Source: Candidatus Eiseniibacteriota bacterium (lineage in GTDB: Bacteria > Eisenbacteria > RBG-16-71-46 > CAVPCR01). From it: a stretch of 64,000 nt of DNA. Location of the stretch: contig CAWGMA010000001.1 of NCBI GenBank assembly GCA_963823555.1, forward strand, positions 1,408,001 to 1,472,000, written 5' to 3'. A program made the translations under genes and the position numbers. Under the pieces are notes generated by a model. That model made no database searches and was not told where the DNA came from. It was given only the letters and a program-made list of their open reading frames with translations. Positions 10,185 to 20,001 of the stretch are shown in pieces (the stretch's first letter is position 1; every line of letters begins with the position of its first letter).

Positions 10185-11369
10185 TCAGCCCACGAAAACC
10201 CCATGCGCCGCGGGGGCGCGCCCATCACGAGTCTCTTCGCCGCGGTAACGGAGGAGCGCGGCGATGCCTCCAACCTCATCGAGTTCCTTCTCGCCCTCGA
10301 TCTCGACCACCGCCACCGAATGTCCGATCGCGCGGTGGACCAGTTCCTCGACCAGATCGGGAACCGGGAGGAAAGCCCCGCCGCAGGCCGGGCAGATCCG
10401 ACCCTCCACGGCCAGATTCGAGCAGCTCCCGCAGGCGAGGCCGGGCCGTGCCATGCCTCTCGCCAGGGTGAGGGCTGCGACCTGGCCCCGCCCGAAGGCG
10501 GCCAGCGTCTTCTCGATCCCGGTCACGGCCAGGCCCCCGGCCTCTGCTTCCTTGATGGCGCTCTTCGCCACCTGGATTCCCTTATCCTGCTCGTACAGCC
10601 GTACCGCATCCGAGAGTCGCGCCAGGATCTCGGCTGGCGGGGCCTCCGGTCCGAGCGGCAAGCGGGCGATGACCCGATCCCGGATCGGATGCGGTGCCAC
10701 GGCATCGAACGCAGCCAGAGCGTCCACCGATCCGCTCGCGACCAGCAGTGCGGAGGGCTCGGAGCGCAGGATCTCCGCCGTCCGTTCCACCACCGACTTG
10801 ACGAATTGCTGCAGGCGGTCCCCCGCGCGCCGCTCGAGCTGGCGCTCCTCGAGCCCGGACAGGCCGCGCGCTCTTGCCTCCGATGGGACCAGGCCCTCGA
10901 GCTCGGCCAGACGGTGGATCTCTCCGAGGTGGACGACATTGATGGCGGCATGATCGCGGGCCATGAGCACGGCCACACAACGCCTGAACTGGCTCAGCAG
11001 ACGTGACAGCGGCCGTACATGCGGATGGGTGTCGATGATCAGGCGATCGCGAACCGGTTGCGCGAGAACATAGGAACGCCACAGCCCGCTGCCGGATGAA
11101 GAGAAGACAGCGACCGCCTTGGCCCCATGGCGGTCGAAATGCCGGATGAAGCGCAGCATGGCCTCGAAATCGTGCTCGACCGAGGCCTGCTGTCCCTTGG
11201 TCAGGGGGCGCGCATCCAGTTCCGCGCGCTGCTTCTTGATCAGGTCCTTCAGCAGGATCTCAGCCTTCCGCTTGTCGGCACCGGAATCGATGCTGAGGAA
11301 GAGAGTGGTAACGGGAAACTCCTGGACTTGAAGGCGGGCTAGTTCCTGGACTTGCTCGAGCGTGATCAT
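10185..11369 (-). CDS. bacterial archaeo-eukaryotic release factor-like (baeRF/aeRF1-family) protein with zinc ribbon
   Basis: VTTLFL N-terminus, PHVRPL, eRF1 domain-3 signature LAVTG..TL.A...G.V..L, CxxC...CxxC, GGIAALLRY. SD AGGAGG upstream. Confidence 0.85.
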   Translation of the reverse strand: MITLEQVQELARLQVQEFPVTTLFLSIDSGADKRKAEILLKDLIKKQRAELDARPLTKGQQASVEHDFEAMLRFIRHFDRHGAKAVAVFSSSGSGLWRSYVLAQPVRDRLIIDTHPHVRPLSRLLSQFRRCVAVLMARDHAAINVVHLGEIHRLAELEGLVPSEARARGLSGLEERQLERRAGDRLQQFVKSVVERTAEILRSEPSALLVASGSVDALAAFDAVAPHPIRDRVIARLPLGPEAPPAEILARLSDAVRLYEQDKGIQVAKSAIKEAEAGGLAVTGIEKTLAAFGRGQVAALTLARGMARPGLACGSCSNLAVEGRICPACGGAFLPVPDLVEELVHRAIGHSVAVVEIEGEKELDEVGGIAALLRYRGEETRDGRAPAAHGVFVG

Positions 11370-11690
11370 GGCATCGCCTCCTAGACGTGAGCGACCTCAC
11401 GCATGACACGCGGATGGAACAGGGATGCTGCCAACGAAGTCGGTTGGCAATCAACGCCGCACACGTCCCCGGCCATGGAACGGGAATCGACCGGGGTGCC
11501 CGGGTGAGCCGCAGCTGCGGCCGCGAGGGGTAGGCCGGTCTCGAAGCGGGAGAGACCGTCACCCTTACCCCATGCCTGAAGCCGTGAAGCCCCAGATCTC
11601 GCTGATGGACGTACCGAAACGAATGCGGACGTCGTGATCGTCCTCCTTGGCTTCGCAGGGGAACGAAGGTGTGCCGCTCGCTTCATATCG

Positions 11691-11719
11691 AGCCTACACC
11701 TGCCACCATGGCCAGTCAA
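11691..11719 (-). promoter_or_regulatory. putative sigma70 promoter upstream of baeRF
   Basis: TTGACT-N17-TAGGCT on the minus strand. Confidence 0.45.
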
Positions 11720-11879
11720 TACCGAGCGGCCTCAATCGCGGACCGCATCCTGTTGAACATGAAGTGTTTACCCGTTGAGTACCGTTTCGGTTCCGGCGCC
11801 TGCACCGGTATGCGACCGGACTTCAACAAGAGCCCGTATGGGGCTCTGGAGCATGGAAATGGGCAACGACAGAAAAAGC

Positions 11880-12863
11880 CTACAGGAGCTTGACCTGGTC
11901 CGGCTGGACCTGGGCCTCCTCATGGGATCCCTGCCCTCGCCGGCCTTCCAGGGGCGGCAGCTGGAGACGGCGGATGCTCTCCTGAGGGGGACGGGAGGGG
12001 TCCATGGCATCGCCGGGCTCGGCCGGAGAACTGGAGGGCGAGGGCAGCCAGGAATCCAGAGGGGGCAGGGCCCCGGCCGCCAGCCGAGAAGCGGCATCGG
12101 ACTGGGCCGGGCACAGGTTCTGATAGGCGCACCACCGACACAGGGGCGAGACCCGGGCCGGGAGCTGGCCGCTGGCCACGGCATGTTCGATGGCGCTGAT
12201 CCGGCGGGCGACCTCGGTGCGCTTTTCCTCGAGCCCGCTCATTCCCAGGCGCACGGTGATGCGGCGGCCGAAAGCCAGGAAGTGCCACACCAGCTTGATA
12301 TCGGCGGCCTGGGGCCAGCGGCTGGCCGTTCCCATCTGGTAGATGGCCAGTTGCAGATCGCTGAGGATCTCGTCCTTCCGAGGCAGGTAGGTGGATGTCT
12401 TGTAGTCATGGATCGCGATCTCCCCGCGTTCGCCGACGGCGACGCGATCGATGACCCCCGTGAGACGCGGACCGTCGGCCCCTTCCAGGTGAAACTCGAT
12501 CTTCTCTTCGAGGCCGATCGTGCGATCCCCGGTGAACGGCCAGTTCCCCCGAAAGAAGGTGATCAGACAGCGGCGGCCGAGCCGGTAGTAATCGACGGGT
12601 GCGTGATCCGCCTTGACCACCGAGATGTCGTCATGCCAGGCCCGGCGCCAGGCCTCGTGGTAGGCCCGGATGAGCTCCTCGATCGAGGGTGGGTGCGGGT
12701 CGACATCGAGAGCGCGGAAGAGCGCCTCCAGGACTTCATGGACGCGTTTGCCCGCGAAGGCCTCGATCGACTCGATGGTGGTCGGGATCCGATCCAGGTA
12801 GCGGTAGCGGAACTGGAGAGGGCATTTCTCGAAGGAGCGGAGCTTGGAGTATGAATAGAGCAA
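11880..12863 (-). CDS. PD-(D/E)XK RecB-family exonuclease (Cas4/AddB-like, 4-Cys)
   Basis: YSYSKL..FEKCP, GKRVHEVLE, GLEE, GVIDRV, IHDYKT, QLAIY, CRWCAYQNLC. Start uncertain (TTG 12863, or 12920). Confidence 0.88.
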   Translation of the reverse strand: MLYSYSKLRSFEKCPLQFRYRYLDRIPTTIESIEAFAGKRVHEVLEALFRALDVDPHPPSIEELIRAYHEAWRRAWHDDISVVKADHAPVDYYRLGRRCLITFFRGNWPFTGDRTIGLEEKIEFHLEGADGPRLTGVIDRVAVGERGEIAIHDYKTSTYLPRKDEILSDLQLAIYQMGTASRWPQAADIKLVWHFLAFGRRITVRLGMSGLEEKRTEVARRISAIEHAVASGQLPARVSPLCRWCAYQNLCPAQSDAASRLAAGALPPLDSWLPSPSSSPAEPGDAMDPSRPPQESIRRLQLPPLEGRRGQGSHEEAQVQPDQVKLL

Positions 12864-12909
12864 ACGACCCTCTCCGCGCTGCGAGCGCTTGCCTTGCGGG
12901 CCGAGGCGC

Positions 12910-12937
12910 TTGACACTCAACCACTTGCTGCTAGAAT
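12910..12937 (+). promoter_or_regulatory. sigma70-type promoter for the NYN gene
   Basis: TTGACA-N16-TAGAAT with extended -10 TGn. Confidence 0.6.
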
Positions 12938-13073
12938 GCCTGCACCGTATTCAAACCCTATCCAACTGTCAACGTTCATCCCGTCCGCCCACGCGCAGCT
13001 TCATGAAGCGGGCCTCGGGGTCCGTCCCCTCCGGCCAGCCCCCCCTGCCGATATGGGCCAGAAAGGAGCAAGA

Positions 13074-13898
13074 GTGGCCTCCTCGCTATCCGCGCAACGC
13101 CTTGCCGTCTTCGTGGACGTACAGAATATCTACTATCCGGCAAAGAGTCTCGGGGACAAGGTCAATTTCCATTCCCTCCTCAAACGCTTCGGCAGTCGTC
13201 AACTGATTCGTGCCGTTGCCTATGTGGTTGAAGCACCCGATGTCGATGTCACTCCATTCGTCGTCGCCCTGCGGAACATCGGGTTCGAAGTGCGCACCAA
13301 ACCGATGCGGGTCTTCGATGACGGCACGCGCAAGGGAGACATCCACCTCATGCTGGCACTCGATGCCGTCGGCATCGCTGACAAGGTGGACGTGGTCTGT
13401 CTCGTCACGGGGGATGGCGAGTACGTGGACCTGGTGCATCTCCTGCGCAGCCGGGGCGTCAAGGTGGAGATCATGAGCTTCAAGTCGAATACCTCGGCCG
13501 AGCTCATCAGGGTCTCGGATGAGCATATCCCGATGAACGAGGAGTTCCTCCTGGGCTTCGGAGGTGGGCCGCGCGGCGACGAGCGGGGTGGTGATCGCCC
13601 GCGAAGCTACGGCGACGAGCGTCCGCGGTCCCTGCCCTATCGCTCCGCCGATGGGCGCGAGCAGCGCTCGGGGCTGCGTTCCCCGATCCGCGAGGAGCGC
13701 TATGCTCCGCGACCCCTGCGTGAAGAGCGTTTCGGGCGCGACGATCGCGTGGCTCGGGACGAGCGGATGGTCCGGGATGAGCGCATGGTCCGGGACGAAC
13801 GAGTCCTGCGGGACCAGCGCTTGCCGCTCAGGACGGAGCGAGTACGTCCCCTCGACGATGACGACGATGAGGTCACCGACGAGGTCGAGGGCCAGTAG
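13074..13898 (+). CDS. NYN domain (LabA/DUF88) protein with Arg/Asp/Glu-rich repetitive tail
   Basis: FVDVQNI, LALDA, VTGDGEY, GVKVE, TSAEL..SD. AAAGGAG SD before GTG 13074. Confidence 0.88.
   Translation: MASSLSAQRLAVFVDVQNIYYPAKSLGDKVNFHSLLKRFGSRQLIRAVAYVVEAPDVDVTPFVVALRNIGFEVRTKPMRVFDDGTRKGDIHLMLALDAVGIADKVDVVCLVTGDGEYVDLVHLLRSRGVKVEIMSFKSNTSAELIRVSDEHIPMNEEFLLGFGGGPRGDERGGDRPRSYGDERPRSLPYRSADGREQRSGLRSPIREERYAPRPLREERFGRDDRVARDERMVRDERMVRDERVLRDQRLPLRTERVRPLDDDDDEVTDEVEGQ
13738..13820 (+). repeat. imperfect 18-bp tandem repeat inside the NYN gene
   Basis: Units like cgggacgagcggatggtc / cgggatgagcgcatggtc / cgggacgaacgagtcctg encode RDDRVA-RDERMV-RDERMV-RDERVL-RDQR. Confidence 0.7.
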
Positions 13899-13900
13899 AG

Positions 13901-16713
13901 CTAGCTCGCCGTCTCTTCGTCGCCTGTCGTGCCCGCGTCGGGTTCCTCGGCCCGGGTCAGGAGTCGGCGCAGAGTGGCCAGCGTCGTCAGCGCCTCGATC
14001 GGAGTCAGATGATCCGGGTTCATATCATGGAGCGAGGCCAGGACCGCGCGCTCGGCTGCTGTCTGCCGGTGGGCGGGGCGTGCTCCCTCGTCGCGGCGTT
14101 CGGGTCGGGGTGATTGGTTGCCGCGGCCGCCGAATAGACTGAGCTGAGAGGGCTCCTCACCAAGCTCGGCATCCCCTTCTTCGAGCAGGGCGAGCACCTG
14201 GCGGGCGCGGCCGAGCAGCGCCGGCGGCAGACCGGCGAGCTGGGCAACGTGAATGCCATAGGAGCGGTCGGCGGCGCCCTCGACGATGCGCCGGAGAAAG
14301 CGGATTTCAGTGCCTTGCTCGCTCACGGCCACGTTCAGGTTCTTGACGTCAGGGAGTTCGCGGGCCAAGCGGGTCAGCTCATGGTAGTGAGTGGCGAAGA
14401 GCGTCCGGGGCGCGCCGCCGGGAAGGTTGTGCAGGTACTCCGCGACGGCCCACGCGATCGAGAGCCCGTCGTAGGTCGAGGTACCGCGTCCGACTTCATC
14501 GAGGAGGACGAGACTGCGCGCCGTGGCTGCCCGCACGATGACCGCTGTCTCCTCCATCTCAACCAGAAAGGTGGACTGGCCGCGGGCGATGCGGTCCGCC
14601 GCACCGACGCGGGTGAAGATGCGGTCGGTGAGGGGAATGGTGGCGGCCATGGCGGGAACGAAACTCCCGGCATGCGCCATGAGCGTGATCAGGCCCACCT
14701 GACGCAAATAGGTTGATTTCCCGGCCATGTTGGGGCCGGTGATGATGATGACGCGCGCGCCGTCTTCCCCGACCTGGGTATCGTTGGGCACGAAGGGTTC
14801 ATCGAGCCGCAGAGCTTCCACGATCGGATGGCGCCCGGAGCGGATCATCAAGGGGGCTTCAGCAACGATCTCCGGTCGCACATAGCCCCGCGCTCGCGCC
14901 GCCTCGGCGAATGCCGCGAGCGCATCGACGACCGCGATCGCCCGCGCAGTGACGAGTAGTCTCGGGACCTGGGCCGCGGTCGCCTCGCGCAGATCGAGGA
15001 AGAGCCCGTGCTCGAGGCGCGCCATCCGCTCCTCGGCGCCGAGAACCTTGGCTTCCATATCCTTGAGCTCGGGCGTGACGAAGCGCTCGGCGCCGACCAG
15101 AGTCTGCTTGCGAATGTAGTTGTCGGGTACTGCCTTGAGCTGGCCGCGGGTGACCTCGATGTAGTAACCGAAGACGCGGTTGAAGCCGACTTTCAGATTC
15201 GAGATGCCGGTCCGCGCCCGCTCCTTGGCTTCGAGCCCCGCGATCCACTGCTTGGCCTCCAGCGCCCCGCGGCGGATCTGGTCGAGCTCGGGGTGCACAC
15301 CGTCCTTGAAGAGGCCGCCCTCGGTGACGCCAAGGGGAGGATCCGGCACCAGCTCGCGGTCGATGCGTCCGGCAAGCTCGGAGAGAGGGTCGAGATCGGG
15401 TCGCACGAGATCGAGTAGCGACGGGTTCTCCGGCCCCAATCCGGGAGTTGGGCCGGCCGTGGCCTGGAGCCGGGCGATGACGGCCCCGATGTCGGGGACG
15501 AGAGCGAGCGAGTCGGCCACGGCGCGGAGCTCACGAGCGCTTCCGCGTCCGGACTCGATCCGGCTCGCGAGGCGCTCGAGATCCCCGATCGGGGTCAATG
15601 CACGGCGGAGCGCGGTCCGGGCCTCGTCCGCGGCGCAGAGCGCAGACACGGCGGCAAGGCGAGCGTGGATCACGCTCAATTCCAGACTCGGCCGGCACAG
15701 CCATCGTCTGAGGAGACGTCCACCCATGGCGGTTGCCGTCAGGTCGAGCACGCCAAGCAGTGTGCCCCGAACTGGATCGCCGCGTCTGGGCACGACATCC
15801 AGGTGGGTGAGCGTGGCCTCGTCGAGCACCATCGCGCTCCGCGTGCGCAACCGGCGAAGCGCGGTCACATGGCGGAGCGGGCTCTGCCGCATGTCGGCCA
15901 GGTACTCCAGAAGGGCTCCGGCCGCTCCGATCCCGGCGCTGAGATCGGAGACATCGAATCCGTCGAGCGATGTCGTGCCGAAGTGTCGGGCCAGGCGCTC
16001 GGTGGCGCGAGCGCGGTCGAACGCGGTGCCGGGGCGGGTGGTGACCAGAGTCTCCTGGGCATCCGAGATGCCGAGAAAGGCGGCGGGGGTACCACGCCCT
16101 CGGGGACGAGCACCTCGGCGATCGAGTAGCCCGAGAGCTCATCTTGGAGCCCCTCGGGAGAGAACTCGCCGGCGAGGAATTCACCGGTCGAGGCATCCGC
16201 GAGCGCGATTCCGAGCGTGCCGTCCGGCGCGGGCAGGATCGCTCCGAGGAACGTATTGGCACGCTCTTCCAGCAGCGACTCGGCGATCGCGGTTCCCGGT
16301 GTGATGAGCTCGGTCACCTTCCGCTCGACGAGGCCACGGGCGAGCTTCGGATCCTCGACCTGGTCGCAGATGGCGACCCGGTGGCCGGCGCGCACGAGGC
16401 GAGCCACGTAGGTGTCCACCGCGTGCCAGGGCACCCCCGCCATGGGAATGCCCGACCGCTTGTCGCGGGAGGTGAGCGTGAGCCCGAGGAGATCGGCGGC
16501 GACCACCGCGTCATCGTAGAAGAGCTCGTAGAAGTCACCCATCCGAAAGAGGAGCAATGCCTCCGGGTGGGCGGTCTTCGCGGTCATGTACTGGCGCATC
16601 ATCGGCGTCAGCTCGCCCGTTGGACCGCTGGGATGCCCGGGGCTCGGGCGGGTGGTGGGCGGTGACGGCGTTCCGGTTTCGACGGCCCCTTCTCGCTCGG
16701 TCCGGCGCGGCAC
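13901..16713 (-). CDS. mutS: DNA mismatch repair protein MutS (single frameshift near 16085, probably a sequencing indel)
   Basis: [17 protein letters not shown] in ORF 15865-16713. [32 protein letters not shown] in ORF 13901-15892. Frames join at the G5 run 16085-16089. Confidence 0.95.
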
Positions 16714-16724
16714 CCCAGGGGCTC

Positions 16725-17765
16725 CTAGCGCTCGACCACGCGAAAGCTGAGACCATGGGCATCGCGGAGCCGCATGCCCGTTTCTTCGGCGGTTGCCGGG
16801 TCGGCAAAGTCGCCGGCCCGCACGCGGAGGAACGTGCGGTCACCGCGCTGTTCTTCCTCGATGCGCACGTCGGTCATGCCCCATTGCTCCAGGCGGGAAG
16901 CCAGATCCTGGGCGTTCTCGCGATTGCCGAAGGCGCCGAGCTGAAGGGAATAGCGGGTGCCGGTTGGCGTCGAATCGGCGGGGGCAGCACTCGATGGAGC
17001 CGGAGTCCCGGGTCTCGCCTCATTACCTGCTGGCGATCCGCTGCGGGTGGGGGCGTCGCTACGGCCGGGGGCGACGTCCTTCGTGGCTTGATCGCGGCGC
17101 AGGCGATCCCGTGCTCCGGCGGCTTCGCTGGACTGCGGGTACTCGGCAGCCAAGCGGCGTGCCGCCGAGCGGGCCTCGTCGTGACGGCCCAGGGCGTCGT
17201 TGGCGCGGATCAGCTGCGCCAGGGCGATCGGAGCCAGCGGATCCCGCACGCCGCGCTCGGCGATGTCGCTGTAGCCAGCGACTGCTCGCTCGGTGCGTCC
17301 TTGCAGCATCAGCGCATCAGCCAGACCGAGCTTCGCTTCACTCGAAGCCGGAGCGCTCTTGAGCACATCTTCGAAGACGCGGGCAGCGAGGCCGCCTTCA
17401 CCGGCGCCGAGGAGCGCCCGCCCGCGCAGGAGCTTGCGGCGAGCACGGGCCGGGTCATCGGTGCTGCGCTCAGCGGCATGCTCATAGTTCTTGGCGGCCG
17501 TGAGGTATTCCCCCCGAGCGTAGTGCAGGTCCCCCATGATCTCGGCGGCATCCGCCGCCCGCGGGTGCTTGCTGTAGTCCGCAAGCAGGGTCTCGGCGGC
17601 CTGGCGCACCTGATCGACATCGACTCCATCCAGCGCGGCGAGGAGAGCGGGAGGCGGTTCGTCAGCCTCCACGGCGGCAGGGACTGCCATCCAGAAGCCG
17701 GCCAGAAGGAGGACGTGGAGCGAATACGGGATCAGCTGGGGATACGAACGGAGCGGGCGCGCCAT
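16725..17765 (-). CDS. TPR-containing SPOR-domain periplasmic protein
   Basis: Signal peptide, TPR-like helices, C-terminal [14 protein letters not shown]...RVRAG.F. Confidence 0.85.
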   Translation of the reverse strand: MARPLRSYPQLIPYSLHVLLLAGFWMAVPAAVEADEPPPALLAALDGVDVDQVRQAAETLLADYSKHPRAADAAEIMGDLHYARGEYLTAAKNYEHAAERSTDDPARARRKLLRGRALLGAGEGGLAARVFEDVLKSAPASSEAKLGLADALMLQGRTERAVAGYSDIAERGVRDPLAPIALAQLIRANDALGRHDEARSAARRLAAEYPQSSEAAGARDRLRRDQATKDVAPGRSDAPTRSGSPAGNEARPGTPAPSSAAPADSTPTGTRYSLQLGAFGNRENAQDLASRLEQWGMTDVRIEEEQRGDRTFLRVRAGDFADPATAEETGMRLRDAHGLSFRVVER

Positions 17766-17894
17766 GATGGAAGCACATTACCATCGAGCCCGCGACCGGT
17801 CCAGGTGGGGCGATGCTTGCGTCCCCCATGTGGCGGCGGCCGGCCTCCGTGTGGAGACCGGCCGCCTGACGGACAGTGGACGTCGTGACGAAGA

Positions 17895-19941
17895 TCAGGA
17901 GTCCTTGGCCTCCTCGGTCGCGGTCTCAGCCTCGGCCTCGGTCCCGGCCTCGGCCCCAGCGTCAGCCTGCTCTCCCGGCGCTTCGTCCCCTGGCGCGAGC
18001 TTGGCTGCTTCGGCCGCCAGCGCCTCGGCCGCCGCCATGGCGTCGGCCTCGGCCTGATCGGCCGCCGAGCTGTCCTTCGACTTCTTCTTGCGCTTCTTCG
18101 CCTCCGCGGTCTCCTCCCCCTCCTCGGTCACCGCATCGCGGCTACCGAATCGGGAGTGGAAGTCGCGCACCGCCTCTTCATCGGCCATCTCGAGGAAGCG
18201 GCGGACGGAGAGCACGATTCGATGCTGATCGGGGTCGACGCGGATCACGCTGAGCGGTATCTCGTCCCCATCGGAGAAGGCATCGCCCGGCTTGGTCAGA
18301 CTATCGATGCCGAGCTGCGACACCGGGACGAAGCCCTCGATCTCGTCCCCGAGATCAACCACCGCCCCCTTGTCGAGAAGTCGCCGCACGGTGCCCCGGA
18401 CCTGGTGATCGGGCGGGAAGTGGTCGGACATCTCGCTCCAGGGGTCGACCATCGTCTGCTTGAGGCCGAGTGACACTCGACGCTCGTCGCGGTCGATCTT
18501 GAGGACAACGACGTCGATCTCATCGCCCTTCTTGAGGACCTCCGATGGGTGCATGACACGCTTGGTCCACGACATGTCGGAGACGTGAACCAGACCGTCG
18601 ATGCCCTCCTCGAGCTCGACGAAGGCGCCGAAGTTGGTGAGGTTGCGCACCTTGCCCCGCAGGCGGGTGCCTGGCGGGTACTTGAGATCGAGCGTGCCCC
18701 ACGGATCGGGCTCGATCTGCTTGAGGCCGAGCGAGATCTTCTCGTGCTCCTTGTCGACCTTGAGCACGACCGCCTCGACCTGGTCGCCGACGTTGACGAC
18801 CTTCGACGGATGACGCACATGGCGGGTCCATGACATCTCGGAGACGTGGATCAGACCCTCGACGCCCTTCTCGAGCTCGACGAAGGCGCCGTAGTCGGTG
18901 ATCGAGACCACCTTTCCGGTGACCTTCTGGCCGACGGGGTACTTCTCCTCGACATTCTCCCACGGATAGGGCTGCAGCTGCTTGAGGCCGAGCGAGATGC
19001 GCTCGCGCTCGGGGTCGAAGTTGAGCACCTTGACCTGCATCTTGTCGCCGATCTTGACGACCTCGGACGGATGCGACACCCGACCCCACGACATGTCGGT
19101 GATGTGCAGGAGACCGTCGATGCCGCCGAGATCGACGAAGGCACCGAAGTCGGTGATGTTCTTGACCATGCCCTCGCGGATCTGGCCCTTCTCCAGCTCG
19201 GACAGGAGCTCCGTCTTCATGCTTCTCGCGCTCTTCCTCGAGCACGACGCGGCGCGAGACGACGATGTTGCGGCGGCGCTTGTTGAGCTTGATGATCTTG
19301 AACCGGAGGGCCTGATTGAGCAGCTCATCCAGGTTCTGGACCTGGCGCAGCGCGATCTGGCTCCCGGGAAGGAACGCCTCGACGCCGTAGAGGTCGACGA
19401 CGACACCGCCCTTGATCTTGCGCACGAGCCTGCCTTCGACCACCTCGCCGGCGTCGGCGGCGTCCTTGACGCGATCCCAGACCTTGACGAAGTCGGCGCG
19501 CTGCTTGGAGAGGACGACCAGGCCGTCCTGGTTCTCCATCTTCTCGAGGAAGACCTCGATCTCGTCACCGACCTTGATGCCCTCGAGAGTCGGGAACTCG
19601 TCCGGCTTGATGACGCCCTCGGACTTGAAACCGACGTCGACGAGCACTTCGGTCGGCGAGATCTCGAGCACACGCCCACGGACGATCTCTCCCTCTTCGA
19701 GATCCTTGAACGACTCCTCGTAGAGCGCTTCGAGCTCGAGCCGCTTTTCATCGCTCGCATAGTCGGGATCGTCCGGATCCTGGGGCAGGAGCGACCGAAT
19801 CCGCGGCGCGCGCTTCGCCGGCCGTGGGGACGCGTCTGAGTCGTCATCCTCCTCGTCGTCATCTTCCGTGACGGAAGCAGGACGCGTGCTCCCCTTGTGA
19901 CGCGGGGCGTCGTGACTTCTGGGGGTTCCTTCGAACACCAT
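17895..19941 (-). CDS. rpsA: 30S ribosomal protein S1 (frameshift near 19222, probably a sequencing indel)
   Basis: VLVDVGFKSEG, EAFLPGSQI, NITDFGAFVDLGGIDGLLHITDMSW and further S1 repeats across two frames. AAGGAGG SD upstream of ATG 19941. Confidence 0.96.
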
Positions 19942-20001
19942 GGTAACCAATGACCTCCTTGACCCTTTAAATTCGCCGCACACGGGCGGCGGGCACCCGC
20001 A

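Noticed and set aside
11880..12863. CRISPR-Cas locus suggested by the Cas4-like nuclease
   Set aside because: No repeat-spacer array and no cas1, cas2 or effector genes in the window.
19200..19240. Programmed frameshift in rpsA (and likewise mutS and serA)
   Set aside because: No slippery heptamer or stimulatory element seen. Many similar indels across the window point to sequencing error.
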